Source of the DNA: an uncultured Acidobacteriota bacterium
Lineage (GTDB): Bacteria; Acidobacteriota; Terriglobia; UBA7540
Length of the DNA stretch: 64,000 bases
Assembly: GCA_963768695.1 (NCBI GenBank)
Contig: CAVYJG010000022.1
Coordinates: 255,301 to 319,300, forward strand
Direction of reading: 5' to 3'
Positions 10,532 through 19,216 of this stretch are shown here, piece after piece. Made by a program: the position numbers and the translations under genes. The notes under the pieces are model-generated. The model did no database searches. It was not told the DNA's origin and saw nothing but the letters and a program-made list of their open reading frames with translations. Position 1 is the first letter of the stretch. Every line of letters starts with the position of its first letter.

Positions 10532-11815
10532 TCACTTCCCACCCGTCCCGCTTCGAACCTCCGTAAAGTTGCCGGACTTCGAGAGCGCCCGGCGGGCCGC
10601 CTCAGCGATTTCCGACGTTGGGTTGAGCTCGAGAGACTGCTCGAAGTAGTGGAGCGCCACGCTCCTCTCCCCCGAGGCCGCCTCAATCACTCCGGCGTGA
10701 TAGTAGAGCGCTGCGTCGCGTGTGCCGACCGCGAGCGCCTTTTGAATCTGGCGGCAAGCTTCCGCGGGTTGACCGTTGACGTAAAGCGCCCAGGAGTAAA
10801 TATCGAGGGTGGCGACATCATGGCGGCGCTCCATCTCCAGTCGGGCAATGCGGAGCCCTTCGGCAAGCCGGCGGGCATGCTCTGTGTAGTAAGCGACCAG
10901 TTCCAGGTTGGCGTTGTCGGGTTGCTCGATTTGGCTGCGCGCCGCATCCTCGAATTCTGCATACATTTTCCCGGCTTCGTCCGGCCTTCCGGCTTGCTCG
11001 AGAGCACGCGCTGCAAGGTACCGGCTATGGGTAGTCGGGAAGCTCTGGTTGCGCCGGGCAAGCAAATCCACGGCCTCGGAGTAGCGCTGCTGGGCCAAGC
11101 GGACCTCTGCGAGTTCTTCGAGAGACAGGTAGTAATCGGGGAAAGTCTTCAGCGCCTGCTGCAAGAGCGGTTCAGCCGTGTCGGCACGCCCTGCCAAGCG
11201 GTCGAGCCGCGCCATCTTCGTCATGATCCAAGCCGATTCTTCGGTTTCAAGAGGAGGTGTCTGTTGGAGTGCTTTACTCAGGAAATCCAAGGCTCCGTCG
11301 ATTTCTCCCCAATCCTCACGCAGAGCGGCGCCGCACAGGAACGCGGGCAGGTTGCCGGGCCGCAGGTCCATCATCCACTGCGCCGCCTGCTCCGCCTGGT
11401 CGTAGTCGCCGAGCGCCGCGTCGGCCTCTTCCATGTATCCCCAGACGAGCACGGCGTCCGGCATGCGATGGTTGAGCGCCCGAGCTTCTTCCAGCGCCTG
11501 GCGATAGTTGTGTTCAGCAAGGAGAAGCGCCACGTGCGCCTGCGCAGCCTCAAAATTGTCCGGCTGAATTCGGAGAGAGTCCTCAATCGCCGCTTCGGCT
11601 TGCGGGAAGTAAGAGTTGTCGGAAGTCTCCCGTGCGCGGCGGACGAACGCAACTGCCAGATCGTTATAGGCAGAGTAGCGATTCGGCTGCTTTTCGAGGA
11701 CCTTCCGAGCCGCCTCGATGCGGAGCTGGGCTGGCGACGGCGAGCCCGCGTCGCCGCCGCCAGCAGCCCCAAATGCCGAAATAGAAAGAGAGAGGGCGAA
11801 AACGAGTGTCTTCAT
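10532..11815 (-). CDS. Secreted tetratricopeptide-repeat protein
   Basis: The 518-aa ORF was trimmed to the Met at 11815 (MKTLVFALSLSISAFGAAGG, signal peptide). The longer ORF would overlap the upstream gene and a repeat. TPR helices run throughout. Confidence 0.75.
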   Translation of the reverse strand: MKTLVFALSLSISAFGAAGGGDAGSPSPAQLRIEAARKVLEKQPNRYSAYNDLAVAFVRRARETSDNSYFPQAEAAIEDSLRIQPDNFEAAQAHVALLLAEHNYRQALEEARALNHRMPDAVLVWGYMEEADAALGDYDQAEQAAQWMMDLRPGNLPAFLCGAALREDWGEIDGALDFLSKALQQTPPLETEESAWIMTKMARLDRLAGRADTAEPLLQQALKTFPDYYLSLEELAEVRLAQQRYSEAVDLLARRNQSFPTTHSRYLAARALEQAGRPDEAGKMYAEFEDAARSQIEQPDNANLELVAYYTEHARRLAEGLRIARLEMERRHDVATLDIYSWALYVNGQPAEACRQIQKALAVGTRDAALYYHAGVIEAASGERSVALHYFEQSLELNPTSEIAEAARRALSKSGNFTEVRSGTGGK

Positions 11816-11837
11816 GTCGGTTCCCTTCAGATCGGGT

Positions 11838-11908
11838 GTAGGGGTAGGGCTTGCCCTACCCCCCGCGTCAATGACGCCCCAAACGGGGACGGCAAGCCGT
11901 CCCCCTAC
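11838..11908. repeat. Two-hairpin GC-rich REP-like module (copy 1)
   Basis: gtaggggtagggcttgccctacccc ... ggggacggcaagccgtccccctac. The same two hairpins occur in inverted order and orientation at 24979..25053. Confidence 0.75.
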
Positions 11909-11942
11909 GTCGCCTGCAGTTATGGAAGATTCAGGGCATCGC

Positions 11943-13613
11943 CTAAGGCGCGCATGCAGGTCCCATCCCACCCGTACAACCGGGGTCGCCGGGGTCGATG
12001 TGTACACGCTCGCGCCCGCTGGGGCAGTAATCGACATAGGGGAACGAGGTGTGGAAGTGAGTATTGGGCTCCACGAGATTGGTGACACCGTCTGTAGCGA
12101 TATCGCTGTTCACATCGTTGACGTTGACCCCGTCACCTAGGATGTTGTTTGGGAAGACGGCGCAGTTGCTGGTGTGGGTGAGGCCGCAGTGGTTACCAGC
12201 CAGCACGCCCCCGACGGCCACGCGCAGGGTGATGTCCACCACGTCGTCAGCCAATCGCCTGCCGTTCGGGAATCCCGCACCGTCCCCCGCGAGCAAGCCC
12301 AAGCGCGAGGCCGCCCCGGGCGCTGTGGGAGCCACGCCGGTGTTCAAGCGGAGCAAGTCGGCAATCGGTCCGGCGGGCGTCCCCGAAGCGGCGATGGGAG
12401 GCACATACTGCACTAGCGGAAGCAGGTCCGTGCGTGGAGCAGGCGGTGAGTATAGGGCGCCCGGAGCCAGCACGGAATAGAGGGAGTCTACAATGGTGAC
12501 GAAAGTCGGATTTAAGTCGAAGGGCGCGAATTGGGAATCATTCACGGGCTTGGTCATACTCCAGTAATCCTTCGACCCGATGCCGATGATGAGCTCATTG
12601 ATAAGCGGATTCCCAATCCGCTGCACCTGGCTGTAGAGGTTAGGACTGTAGACCGTTGGTTTCGGCGCAACGCGGATGGTTACGCCCGGCCGCGAAGTCG
12701 AGGCCCAGATTCCGATCGTGGCATGGGGAGAGGTTGGGGGCTCAATATTGCCGGTGCTGGTCAGCATGGCGATCGGCACTTGCAGGGCAATCACGTCCAC
12801 CGCAAATCCTGAGACGGTATCGGAGACGAAGTTCTGATTGGCAGCGTCTTCGGAGGGTGTGAGAACCCCTGGGACGCCTGAACCTCCGCTGATCGCGCGG
12901 AGATTGACGGTATCAAAAGCTGCCCCCAAGTCGATAAAGAAGGGATCGTCCACGGTCCCGGCGAATGCCGAAATGCCCTCTCTTGTGTCGGCGTAGGTGC
13001 CCGCAGCATACAGATCGGCGTAGTTCATGGTGCGAGGGCCGGCGTTGGCGGGAACCGCGTAGAACGGGGAGCCATCACTGTTGGCAATGGGAGTGGAGAC
13101 TCCGTTTTTGATCATCGTGACAGTGTAGGTCTGCCGGAAATTGAGGCCGGGGTTGGAGAAATCGGTGATCTGCGGCGGCACTCCCGGGGCCGAAGTAGAG
13201 CCCGGGCCGGTGAATCCCGCCAAGCCGGTGGGCACCGTGGGCAGTTGGTACTGGGTCGAGAAGCGAAATTGAAAGACAACTTCATCCAAGCCATCATTGT
13301 TGTTGTCAATGTGAATCTGATACAGGATGTGAGGATCGAAGGGAAACCAGTTCGGGCCATTCGCCGGCTCCGCGAACGGATTGACCCCCATGATCATGGT
13401 GATACTCGGCGGACTGGTGTCGTTGCCGCTGCTGTCGTAACTGCGAAAAGCCCAAAGATCCGTGATATCTGCCAAGGGGTCGAGGGCCGTGATGGGCGCT
13501 TCGCGGTGGCTGGAGGCCAGCGCCCGGATTGGACCCACGAGCGGGACCGTCGCGGCGGAGACCGCGAGCAGGGCCAAAACCAGAATAACGATGCTTCTTT
13601 TGCTCTTCATCAT
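11943..13613 (-). CDS. DUF4331 family secreted protein
   Basis: Signal peptide MMKSKRSIVILVLALLAVSA...RALA, followed by SSHREAPITALDPLADITDLWAF, which I recognise as the DUF4331 N-terminal signature. GGAG lies about 12 nt upstream of the ATG at 13613. The C-terminal tail is Cys-rich. Confidence 0.7.
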   Translation of the reverse strand: MMKSKRSIVILVLALLAVSAATVPLVGPIRALASSHREAPITALDPLADITDLWAFRSYDSSGNDTSPPSITMIMGVNPFAEPANGPNWFPFDPHILYQIHIDNNNDGLDEVVFQFRFSTQYQLPTVPTGLAGFTGPGSTSAPGVPPQITDFSNPGLNFRQTYTVTMIKNGVSTPIANSDGSPFYAVPANAGPRTMNYADLYAAGTYADTREGISAFAGTVDDPFFIDLGAAFDTVNLRAISGGSGVPGVLTPSEDAANQNFVSDTVSGFAVDVIALQVPIAMLTSTGNIEPPTSPHATIGIWASTSRPGVTIRVAPKPTVYSPNLYSQVQRIGNPLINELIIGIGSKDYWSMTKPVNDSQFAPFDLNPTFVTIVDSLYSVLAPGALYSPPAPRTDLLPLVQYVPPIAASGTPAGPIADLLRLNTGVAPTAPGAASRLGLLAGDGAGFPNGRRLADDVVDITLRVAVGGVLAGNHCGLTHTSNCAVFPNNILGDGVNVNDVNSDIATDGVTNLVEPNTHFHTSFPYVDYCPSGRERVHIDPGDPGCTGGMGPACAP

Positions 13614-13887
13614 GCACCTCATCTCCAAGATTTTGTGGTTCAACACTTGTGAAACAAGCTTCCTGAGACAAGCGTCGGGGTTCCCTTCAAGCCAGGCTCG
13701 AACCAACGGCCTGTCGAATAGTGAAGCGCTCTCCCCGCAATGACGGCAGGGCAGATGCTCTCCACGCCAAGTCCTCGCAATGGGTGCCCGTCTATAGGTA
13801 CGTCAAAAGATGGTCTGACGGATTGCAGGTTTGGGAGAAAAGTTGAAGAGTATCGTGAAACCGGGCGGGTTGGCCACCGCAACCAAA

Positions 13888-13916
13888 TGCAGATTCTTCG
13901 CTTCGCTCAGAATGAC
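13888..13916. repeat. REP-like element, single copy of the gagcgaagcgaag family
   Basis: tgcagattcttcgcttcgctcagaatgac is related to the arms of the inverted repeat at 5755..5834. It lies just 3' of the anti-sigma gene. Confidence 0.6.
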
Positions 13917-13955
13917 ATGCCATCCTGAGCGTCACTTGGGCGGAAGCGGGCCGGG

Positions 13956-14765
13956 TCAGGAAACGAGGCCGATGAGGACCTTGGGCCCGGTCGGAGCGGG
14001 AACCCCGCCGGCTGGCTCGATGGTGACGGCGAAAGCCTTGGCGGTAAGGCCCTGGGGTAGGGAAGGTAGGATCACCTGGCCGTTCCCCCGCGAGTCAGTG
14101 TTGAAGACTCCGGCGTCGACGGGCGATCCTTGAGCGGGAATCAACCACAACTCGTACGTCTGTCCGGAGGGAAGCGAGCGAAGGTTGGTGGTATAGAAGA
14201 GCAATCCTCCGGTCGGATTGTAAAATGCTTTGCCGTGGGGGACGGGACGAGCGGCCGCCGGTAATAGGTCCACCTGGACGGTTTCTGGGGCGGTTAGAAC
14301 ATTCAGAGCGGCCTGGGCGCGAGCGGTCGCGACCCTCAGCTCGCGGCTGGATGCTTCGAGCTGCCCGCGGGTGAACTCGAGTTCGGCCAGCCTGCTGGAA
14401 AGCTTGCGGTTGTCGATCGCGAGCCACGCTGCCGCCACAACAAGGATTAGACAGGTCACGCCCCACACGGGCGCCCACGCAGCTACCCAGGACCGGCGGC
14501 GGGGGAGGAGGGACTGCTCGCCCGCAAGTCGCTGCGCGTTACGCGCTTTGAACGACTCCAGAATTCGTTCGCGGACTTCCAGAGGCGGCGTGACGGACGG
14601 AGCAGCCAGCGCCAGAAGGGCAAGACGGCCCCGAGCGGCCGCCAGCTTGGCGCGGGATTCCGCGCTATCAGCCAGTTGGGCCTCGAATTCGGTCTTCTCG
14701 CTGCCGTCGAGAACACCTATTGCGTAAAGTTCGAAGTCCTCTTCGAATTGGGAGTGCCTGTCCAT
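13956..14765 (-). CDS. Anti-sigma factor, RskA (anti-sigma-K) type
   Basis: 269-aa ORF with a short cytoplasmic N-domain (no HxxxCxxC zinc motif) and one TM (WAPVWGVTCLILVVAAAWLAI). The C-terminal RskA-like domain shows KAFYNPTGGLLFY...QTYELWLIP...GSPVDAGVF. It starts 7 nt downstream of the ECF sigma gene. Confidence 0.75.
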   Translation of the reverse strand: MDRHSQFEEDFELYAIGVLDGSEKTEFEAQLADSAESRAKLAAARGRLALLALAAPSVTPPLEVRERILESFKARNAQRLAGEQSLLPRRRSWVAAWAPVWGVTCLILVVAAAWLAIDNRKLSSRLAELEFTRGQLEASSRELRVATARAQAALNVLTAPETVQVDLLPAAARPVPHGKAFYNPTGGLLFYTTNLRSLPSGQTYELWLIPAQGSPVDAGVFNTDSRGNGQVILPSLPQGLTAKAFAVTIEPAGGVPAPTGPKVLIGLVS

Positions 14766-14771
14766 AATCCC

Positions 14772-15335
14772 TTACGCGCCGAAAACTGTCTTTAGCGAAG
14801 CCAGCGCGGCCCTTAGTCGCGTCTTGACTGTGCCTAGCGGATGCCCGGTGCGCTTCGCGATTTCACTTTGGGTGAGACCTTCGAAGTAAGCGAGCTCCAT
14901 GGCTTGACGCTGCGCCTCGGGCAATGCTCCTAAGGCCGCGCGCACGCGCTCCGCCATTTCATTCTGCGCCGCAACGCTCTCCAGGTCGAGCGCCCGGCCC
15001 TGCAGAGTCACCACGACTTCCTCTTCCACTGATTGGGTTTGGCGGCGCACTCGGTCAATCGAGCGATTGCGCGCCATCACCAGAAGCCAACCGGAGAGGC
15101 TCCCGCGCACGGAATCGAAACGCGAAGCATTGCGCCAGAGCTGATGGAAGATGTCCTGCAAAACCTCCTCGGCGGATCCGCTGTCACCTAAAATGCGCTT
15201 GGCCACGGAGTACACCAATCCTCCGTAACGGTCGTACAGGACGCCGAGCGCCACCTCGTCACCGTTCGCGATGCGGCGAATCAGGCCCTCGTCAGAGTCC
15301 CGGCGATCAGGCTCCTGCCCGCTAATCGGGTCCAC
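14772..15335 (-). CDS. ECF-type RNA polymerase sigma-70 factor
   Basis: 187-aa ORF. Region 2 reads LYDRYGGLVYSVAKRILGD...EVLQDIF; region 4 reads AYFEGLTQSEIAKRTGHPLGTVKTRLR. GTG start with AAGGAG 6 nt upstream. Confidence 0.9.
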   Translation of the reverse strand: MDPISGQEPDRRDSDEGLIRRIANGDEVALGVLYDRYGGLVYSVAKRILGDSGSAEEVLQDIFHQLWRNASRFDSVRGSLSGWLLVMARNRSIDRVRRQTQSVEEEVVVTLQGRALDLESVAAQNEMAERVRAALGALPEAQRQAMELAYFEGLTQSEIAKRTGHPLGTVKTRLRAALASLKTVFGA

Positions 15336-15616
15336 TCCGCGCTCCTTCTAATACTACGAACAATGAGCTTATACGGTTTATTTTCGACCGGCAACGGCGT
15401 TGGACGTTTGGGGGGAGCGCCTCGATCTCTCCCCGAGGCACGGATGTACGAGCTGGGTTGCGCGCAACGGAGAGGGAAAAATTATGATAGGGCCACACCC
15501 TACGGACTACCCAGCGCTGGAACCTTGGCATCTGCGGCCTCCTTCCGGTTCCTGCGGAACCTGCGGGAATACTCATCCGGGAATTCTGTGAGGCGGCGCC
15601 TTTGTGGTCGTGTCAG

Positions 15617-15847
15617 CTACCACAGCCTTTCCTTCCCTCCCTCGTATACGAGCGACAGGCATAGCCCTGTCACCACGGCAGGCATTGGGGAGAAGGATCC
15701 CGGCCTCAGCATCCCGGTCATGAAGTAGGAATACTCTCCCACTAAGACTATCGCCCACACGCCCGCCAGCATCCAGTAGTGTCTCATACGCTCCCGTAGC
15801 ATCCGATGCTCTTCCCCTGGACGTTCGTACGCTTGGGTCGGGTTCAT
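15617..15847 (-). CDS. Hypothetical small membrane protein
   Basis: 76-aa ORF with two hydrophobic segments (WMLAGVWAIVLVG, AVVTGLCLSLVY). No recognisable family; weak support. Confidence 0.3.
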   Translation of the reverse strand: MNPTQAYERPGEEHRMLRERMRHYWMLAGVWAIVLVGEYSYFMTGMLRPGSFSPMPAVVTGLCLSLVYEGGKERLW

Positions 15848-15929
15848 CGTGCCACCCTGCCTTTAGGCGCCGATACCTGCCGAACCAAACCGAAACCTGA
15901 CAACGGTTCTCCGGCGGTGCAAATCTGCA

Positions 15930-16109
15930 TCACTTGTTTACAAGATCGTTAAGCTCGGAAAGCAATGCCTCAAACTCCCTATTCGTTAGGGAGGACCTTG
16001 ACCGGGGCCTGCAGGTGCTGTCCGAGAATTCCGTGTTTTCGCTGCACCGGGGGCAGATTTCGTCCTCGTCCGGGGACAATTGTGCTCTCCCGCACACTAA
16101 GCATTTCAT
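15930..16109 (-). CDS. Hypothetical 59-aa zinc-ribbon protein (below the ORF-track cut-off)
   Basis: Manual translation gives MKCLVCGRAQLSPDEDEICPRCSENTEFSDSTCRPRSRSSLTNREFEALLSELNDLVNK, with CxxC-N13-CxxC. AAAGGA lies about 7 nt upstream of the ATG. Confidence 0.35.
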   Translation of the reverse strand: MKCLVCGRAQLSPDEDEICPRCSENTEFSDSTCRPRSRSSLTNREFEALLSELNDLVNK

Positions 16110-16411
16110 GACCGATCCTTTAATTCTGTGGTTACGCTTAAGGATAGCCGTACGGACGGGTCCGACGCAATCGAGGGAATTACCTAGGGCTCCTTAGTGG
16201 CTTTCTGGGTTGGCAAATTCGTCAGACGCTGTCTGACGAATCGCCGTCCGCCTCGGCGTTTCAGATCCGGTTGAATCTTCTCCGTAAACAGGGTTTGGCG
16301 GCGAGGGCGTCCACGGGCATGCCTGATTTTAGAACTTTTTTCGAAACGGTGTCGAACCGGGCCTAGATCGTTCGATTGACCAGTGGAATCCAAATTAGAG
16401 GAGGTTTGACC

Positions 16412-16831
16412 ATGCGATTCATGATGCTGATGATCCCTGGAGGGTATGAGAAGGCCGCGCCGGGGACTATGCCCGACCCAAAGGCCGTGGCCGCGATGAT
16501 GGAGTACAACAAATCCCTGCAAAAAGCCGGTGTCCTATTGGGGCTCGATGGCCTACACCCACCCTCGGAGGGCGCACGCATCTCGTTCGCCCATGGAAAG
16601 CCCGTGATAACGGACGGGCCGTTTGCTGAAACTCGGGAGGTCCTCGGCGGCTATTGGATGATTCAAGTCAAGTCGAAGGAAGAAGCCATCGAATGGGCGT
16701 CACGCTGCCCCGCCGCGGACGGTGACCTCATCGAGGTCCGCCAGGTTTTTGAAATGGCAGATTTCCCTGACGACGTTAAGAAATCCGCGGCCGGCTTTGA
16801 CATGACCCCCAAAACGGCAGCCAAGGAGTAA
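16412..16831 (+). CDS. YciI-like (YCII/DGPF domain) protein
   Basis: MRFMMLMIPGGYE...ITDGPFAETREVLGGYWMIQVKSKEEAIEWA. The start is set at the Met preceded by the GAGGAGG RBS. Confidence 0.8.
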   Translation: MRFMMLMIPGGYEKAAPGTMPDPKAVAAMMEYNKSLQKAGVLLGLDGLHPPSEGARISFAHGKPVITDGPFAETREVLGGYWMIQVKSKEEAIEWASRCPAADGDLIEVRQVFEMADFPDDVKKSAAGFDMTPKTAAKE

Positions 16832-16925
16832 CTGGGCGAGAGCCCATCGGATTCCGGCCGACAGGCAAGGGCGCGTGCCACCCGCACGCGGAGCGCGCAG
16901 GGCCACTTCAAAAAGGAGACACATC

Positions 16926-17630
16926 ATGAAAAAGAAGCCTAAGGTCAGGGTCCCAGCGTTCGGAGTCTCTATCGATGGGTATGGCGCAGGCCCTGCCCAA
17001 AGTCTTGAGAACCCAATCGGTGAAGGCGGTACGGCCCTGTTTGACTGGTTCTTTCCCACTCTAACCTTTCAACGCATACTCGGAAAGGACAACGGGACGA
17101 CTGGAATTGACGATGACTTTGCCGCTCGCGGATTCGAGAATATCGGCGCCTGGATTATCGGACGAAATATGTTCGGGCCTGTCCGCGGGCCTTGGCCGGA
17201 TGAATCCTGGAAGGGTTGGTGGGGCGAGAATCCGCCTTTCCATACTCCGGTCTTCGTACTGACCCATTATGAGCGGCCCCCGCTTGCGATGGCGGTGGAA
17301 ACCACGTTCTATTTCGTTACCGACGGCATTCACTCCGCGCTCGAGCGAGCCACCTCCGCGTGTGGCGGAAAGGACATACGGATAGGCGGTGGCGTTGCCA
17401 CGATTCAGCAGTTTCTGCGCGCCGGCCTGATTGATGAAATCCACCTGGCCATCGCACCCGCGCTGCTAGGTTCGGGCGAGCGGCTCTTCGAAAACCTCGA
17501 TTTACTCAAACTCGGTTTCAAGTGTACCGAGCACGTGCCCACGCCGAAAGCAACTCACGTGGTCTTAAGCCGAGGCACTCAGGCCGTCGAGGGTGTCGAA
17601 ATCGCTCCGGCTCATTCGACATACCTGTGA
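16926..17630 (+). CDS. Dihydrofolate reductase-like (RibD C-terminal domain) family protein
   Basis: MKKKPKVRVPAFGVSIDGYGAG...IRIGGGVATIQQFLRAGLIDEIHLAIAPALLGSGERLF. AAGGAG RBS ahead of the internal Met at 16926. Confidence 0.8.
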   Translation: MKKKPKVRVPAFGVSIDGYGAGPAQSLENPIGEGGTALFDWFFPTLTFQRILGKDNGTTGIDDDFAARGFENIGAWIIGRNMFGPVRGPWPDESWKGWWGENPPFHTPVFVLTHYERPPLAMAVETTFYFVTDGIHSALERATSACGGKDIRIGGGVATIQQFLRAGLIDEIHLAIAPALLGSGERLFENLDLLKLGFKCTEHVPTPKATHVVLSRGTQAVEGVEIAPAHSTYL

Positions 17631-17875
17631 ACGCTTTTTGCCGGCCGACTGTTGTGCAGGAAAGAGGTGCGTCATGTGTCCATTTTGTTGGCTATCGCTG
17701 GGAGTGATTGTAGCGAGAGCGGCCTCGGTGGGCGGAGTAACTGCACTGGCCGTAAAAGTATCGCGAAAGAAGAAAGATCCACGCGCAGTGATTCAGAAGG
17801 CGAAATAAAAGGAGGAATTGTAGGAAACTTGCCCCCCTCGGCGCGCAGGCGGTCCCGCGTGTTATATTTCAATCG

Positions 17876-19099
17876 ATGTCTTCGCCGGCCTCAGCGAGCA
17901 CAAGAGTCCTACTTTCTCACCGTCCCTACCGGTTCTACTTGTCAGCGCGCACTATTTCCTCATTCTCCTATCAAATCGCTGCTGTGGCGGTGGGGTGGCA
18001 GGTCTATGCCCTCACGCGCAGCGCATTTGCACTCGGCATGGTGGGATTGGTGCAGTTCATGCCCACCGCACTGTTGGTTCTCGTGGCGGGACACGCCGCC
18101 GACCACTTCGACCGGCAACGCGTCGTACAAGTCTGTCAATTTGTGGAAGGACTCGCAGCCCTGTTCCTGGCGTGGGGCAGCTATGCGGGCTGGCTAAACA
18201 CGTCGGAGATATTTGCCGCAGTCACGGTGTTCGGCACTGCTCGCGCCTTTGAGGCTCCCGCCTCGGGAGCCTTGCTTACAGGCGTCACTCCGGCAGGAAT
18301 GCTGCAAAAGGGAACGGCGCTTTCCTCGGCGGCTTTTCAACTTGCGGTCATCAGCGGTCCGGCGTTAGGAGGGCTTGCTTACGCAGTGTCGCCTGGGGTT
18401 CCTTACACGCTGATGGCTTTCATGTGGTTGGCAGGGGGAATTCTGAATGGGTCAATCGTTCTCGATCGGCCAGTGACGCCCAAGGAGCCCGCCACGTTGG
18501 ACACGGTTTTTGCCGGGGTCCGATTTGTCCGCGACCATCCCACGATGCTGGGAACAATCTCGCTTGATCTGTTCGCGGTGTTGTTGGGAGGGGCAACAGC
18601 ACTGCTGCCGATTTATGCCCGCGACATACTACATACCGGGCCCTGGGGCCTGGGCGTGCTGCGCGGTGCGCCGGCCGTGGGGGCATTACTGATGACCGGG
18701 GTGCTGGCTCGCCATGCTATCCGGCGGCGCATGGGGATTCGGATGTTTCAGGCCGTCATCATCTTTGGCGTGGCCACCGTGGTATTTGCGCTCTCGCACT
18801 CGCTTTGGCTCTCGCTTCTCGCGCTCACGGTGATGGGCGCAGCGGACATGGTGAGCGTGGTGATTCGCGTTTCCGTGGTGCAACTCGGCACTCCCGACGA
18901 AATGCGCGGGCGGGTGGGGGCGGTGAACTCGCTGTTCATCAATGCGTCGAACCAATTGGGCGAATTTGAAAGCGGCATCACGGCGGCCCTGTTGGGAACA
19001 GTCCCGGCAGCCGCCCTGGGTGGCGTGGGGACCATCGCGGTGGCGCTGCTCTGGATGGAGTTGTTTCCTGCCCTGCGCCATGTGGAGCGGATGGAGTGA
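17876..19099 (+). CDS. MFS transporter
   Basis: 407-aa ORF, about 12 predicted hydrophobic segments, N-terminal FYLSARTISSFSYQIAAVAVGW typical of EntS-like MFS exporters. Confidence 0.8.
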   Translation: MSSPASASTRVLLSHRPYRFYLSARTISSFSYQIAAVAVGWQVYALTRSAFALGMVGLVQFMPTALLVLVAGHAADHFDRQRVVQVCQFVEGLAALFLAWGSYAGWLNTSEIFAAVTVFGTARAFEAPASGALLTGVTPAGMLQKGTALSSAAFQLAVISGPALGGLAYAVSPGVPYTLMAFMWLAGGILNGSIVLDRPVTPKEPATLDTVFAGVRFVRDHPTMLGTISLDLFAVLLGGATALLPIYARDILHTGPWGLGVLRGAPAVGALLMTGVLARHAIRRRMGIRMFQAVIIFGVATVVFALSHSLWLSLLALTVMGAADMVSVVIRVSVVQLGTPDEMRGRVGAVNSLFINASNQLGEFESGITAALLGTVPAAALGGVGTIAVALLWMELFPALRHVERME

Positions 19100-19216
19100 T
19101 CAGACCGGAAGAAGTTCCTTCATCCGGCCGGGCAACATATCCGGTTGATGGGCTTGAGCAAATAACCTCGGCGCCCATTGTGCCTGATGTTTGGACTCTC
19201 CGGCTGCTGCCGTCGC

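Noticed and set aside
10649-12085. 478-aa plus-strand ORF antisense to the TPR gene. Similar long antisense ORFs occur at 48927..50285, 5002..5805, 40343..40984 and 55577..56221.
   Set aside because: They lie wholly inside better-supported genes on the other strand. They are Arg/Gly/Pro-rich with no recognisable motifs. Such ORFs are the expected artefact of high-GC sequence lacking stop codons.
13685-13730. ggttcgagcc, resembling a tRNA T-arm, in the DUF4331 upstream region (reverse strand).
   Set aside because: No 5-bp T-stem flanks the loop, and no acceptor or anticodon arms can be drawn. It is not a tRNA or a convincing tRNA fragment.
17674-17808. 44-aa hydrophobic peptide ORF (MCPFCWLSLGVIVARAASVGGVTALAVKVSRKKKDP...) with a weak RBS, between the RibD_C-like and MFS genes.
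   Set aside because: It is plausible as a small membrane peptide, but there is no supporting motif and conservation cannot be tested here.
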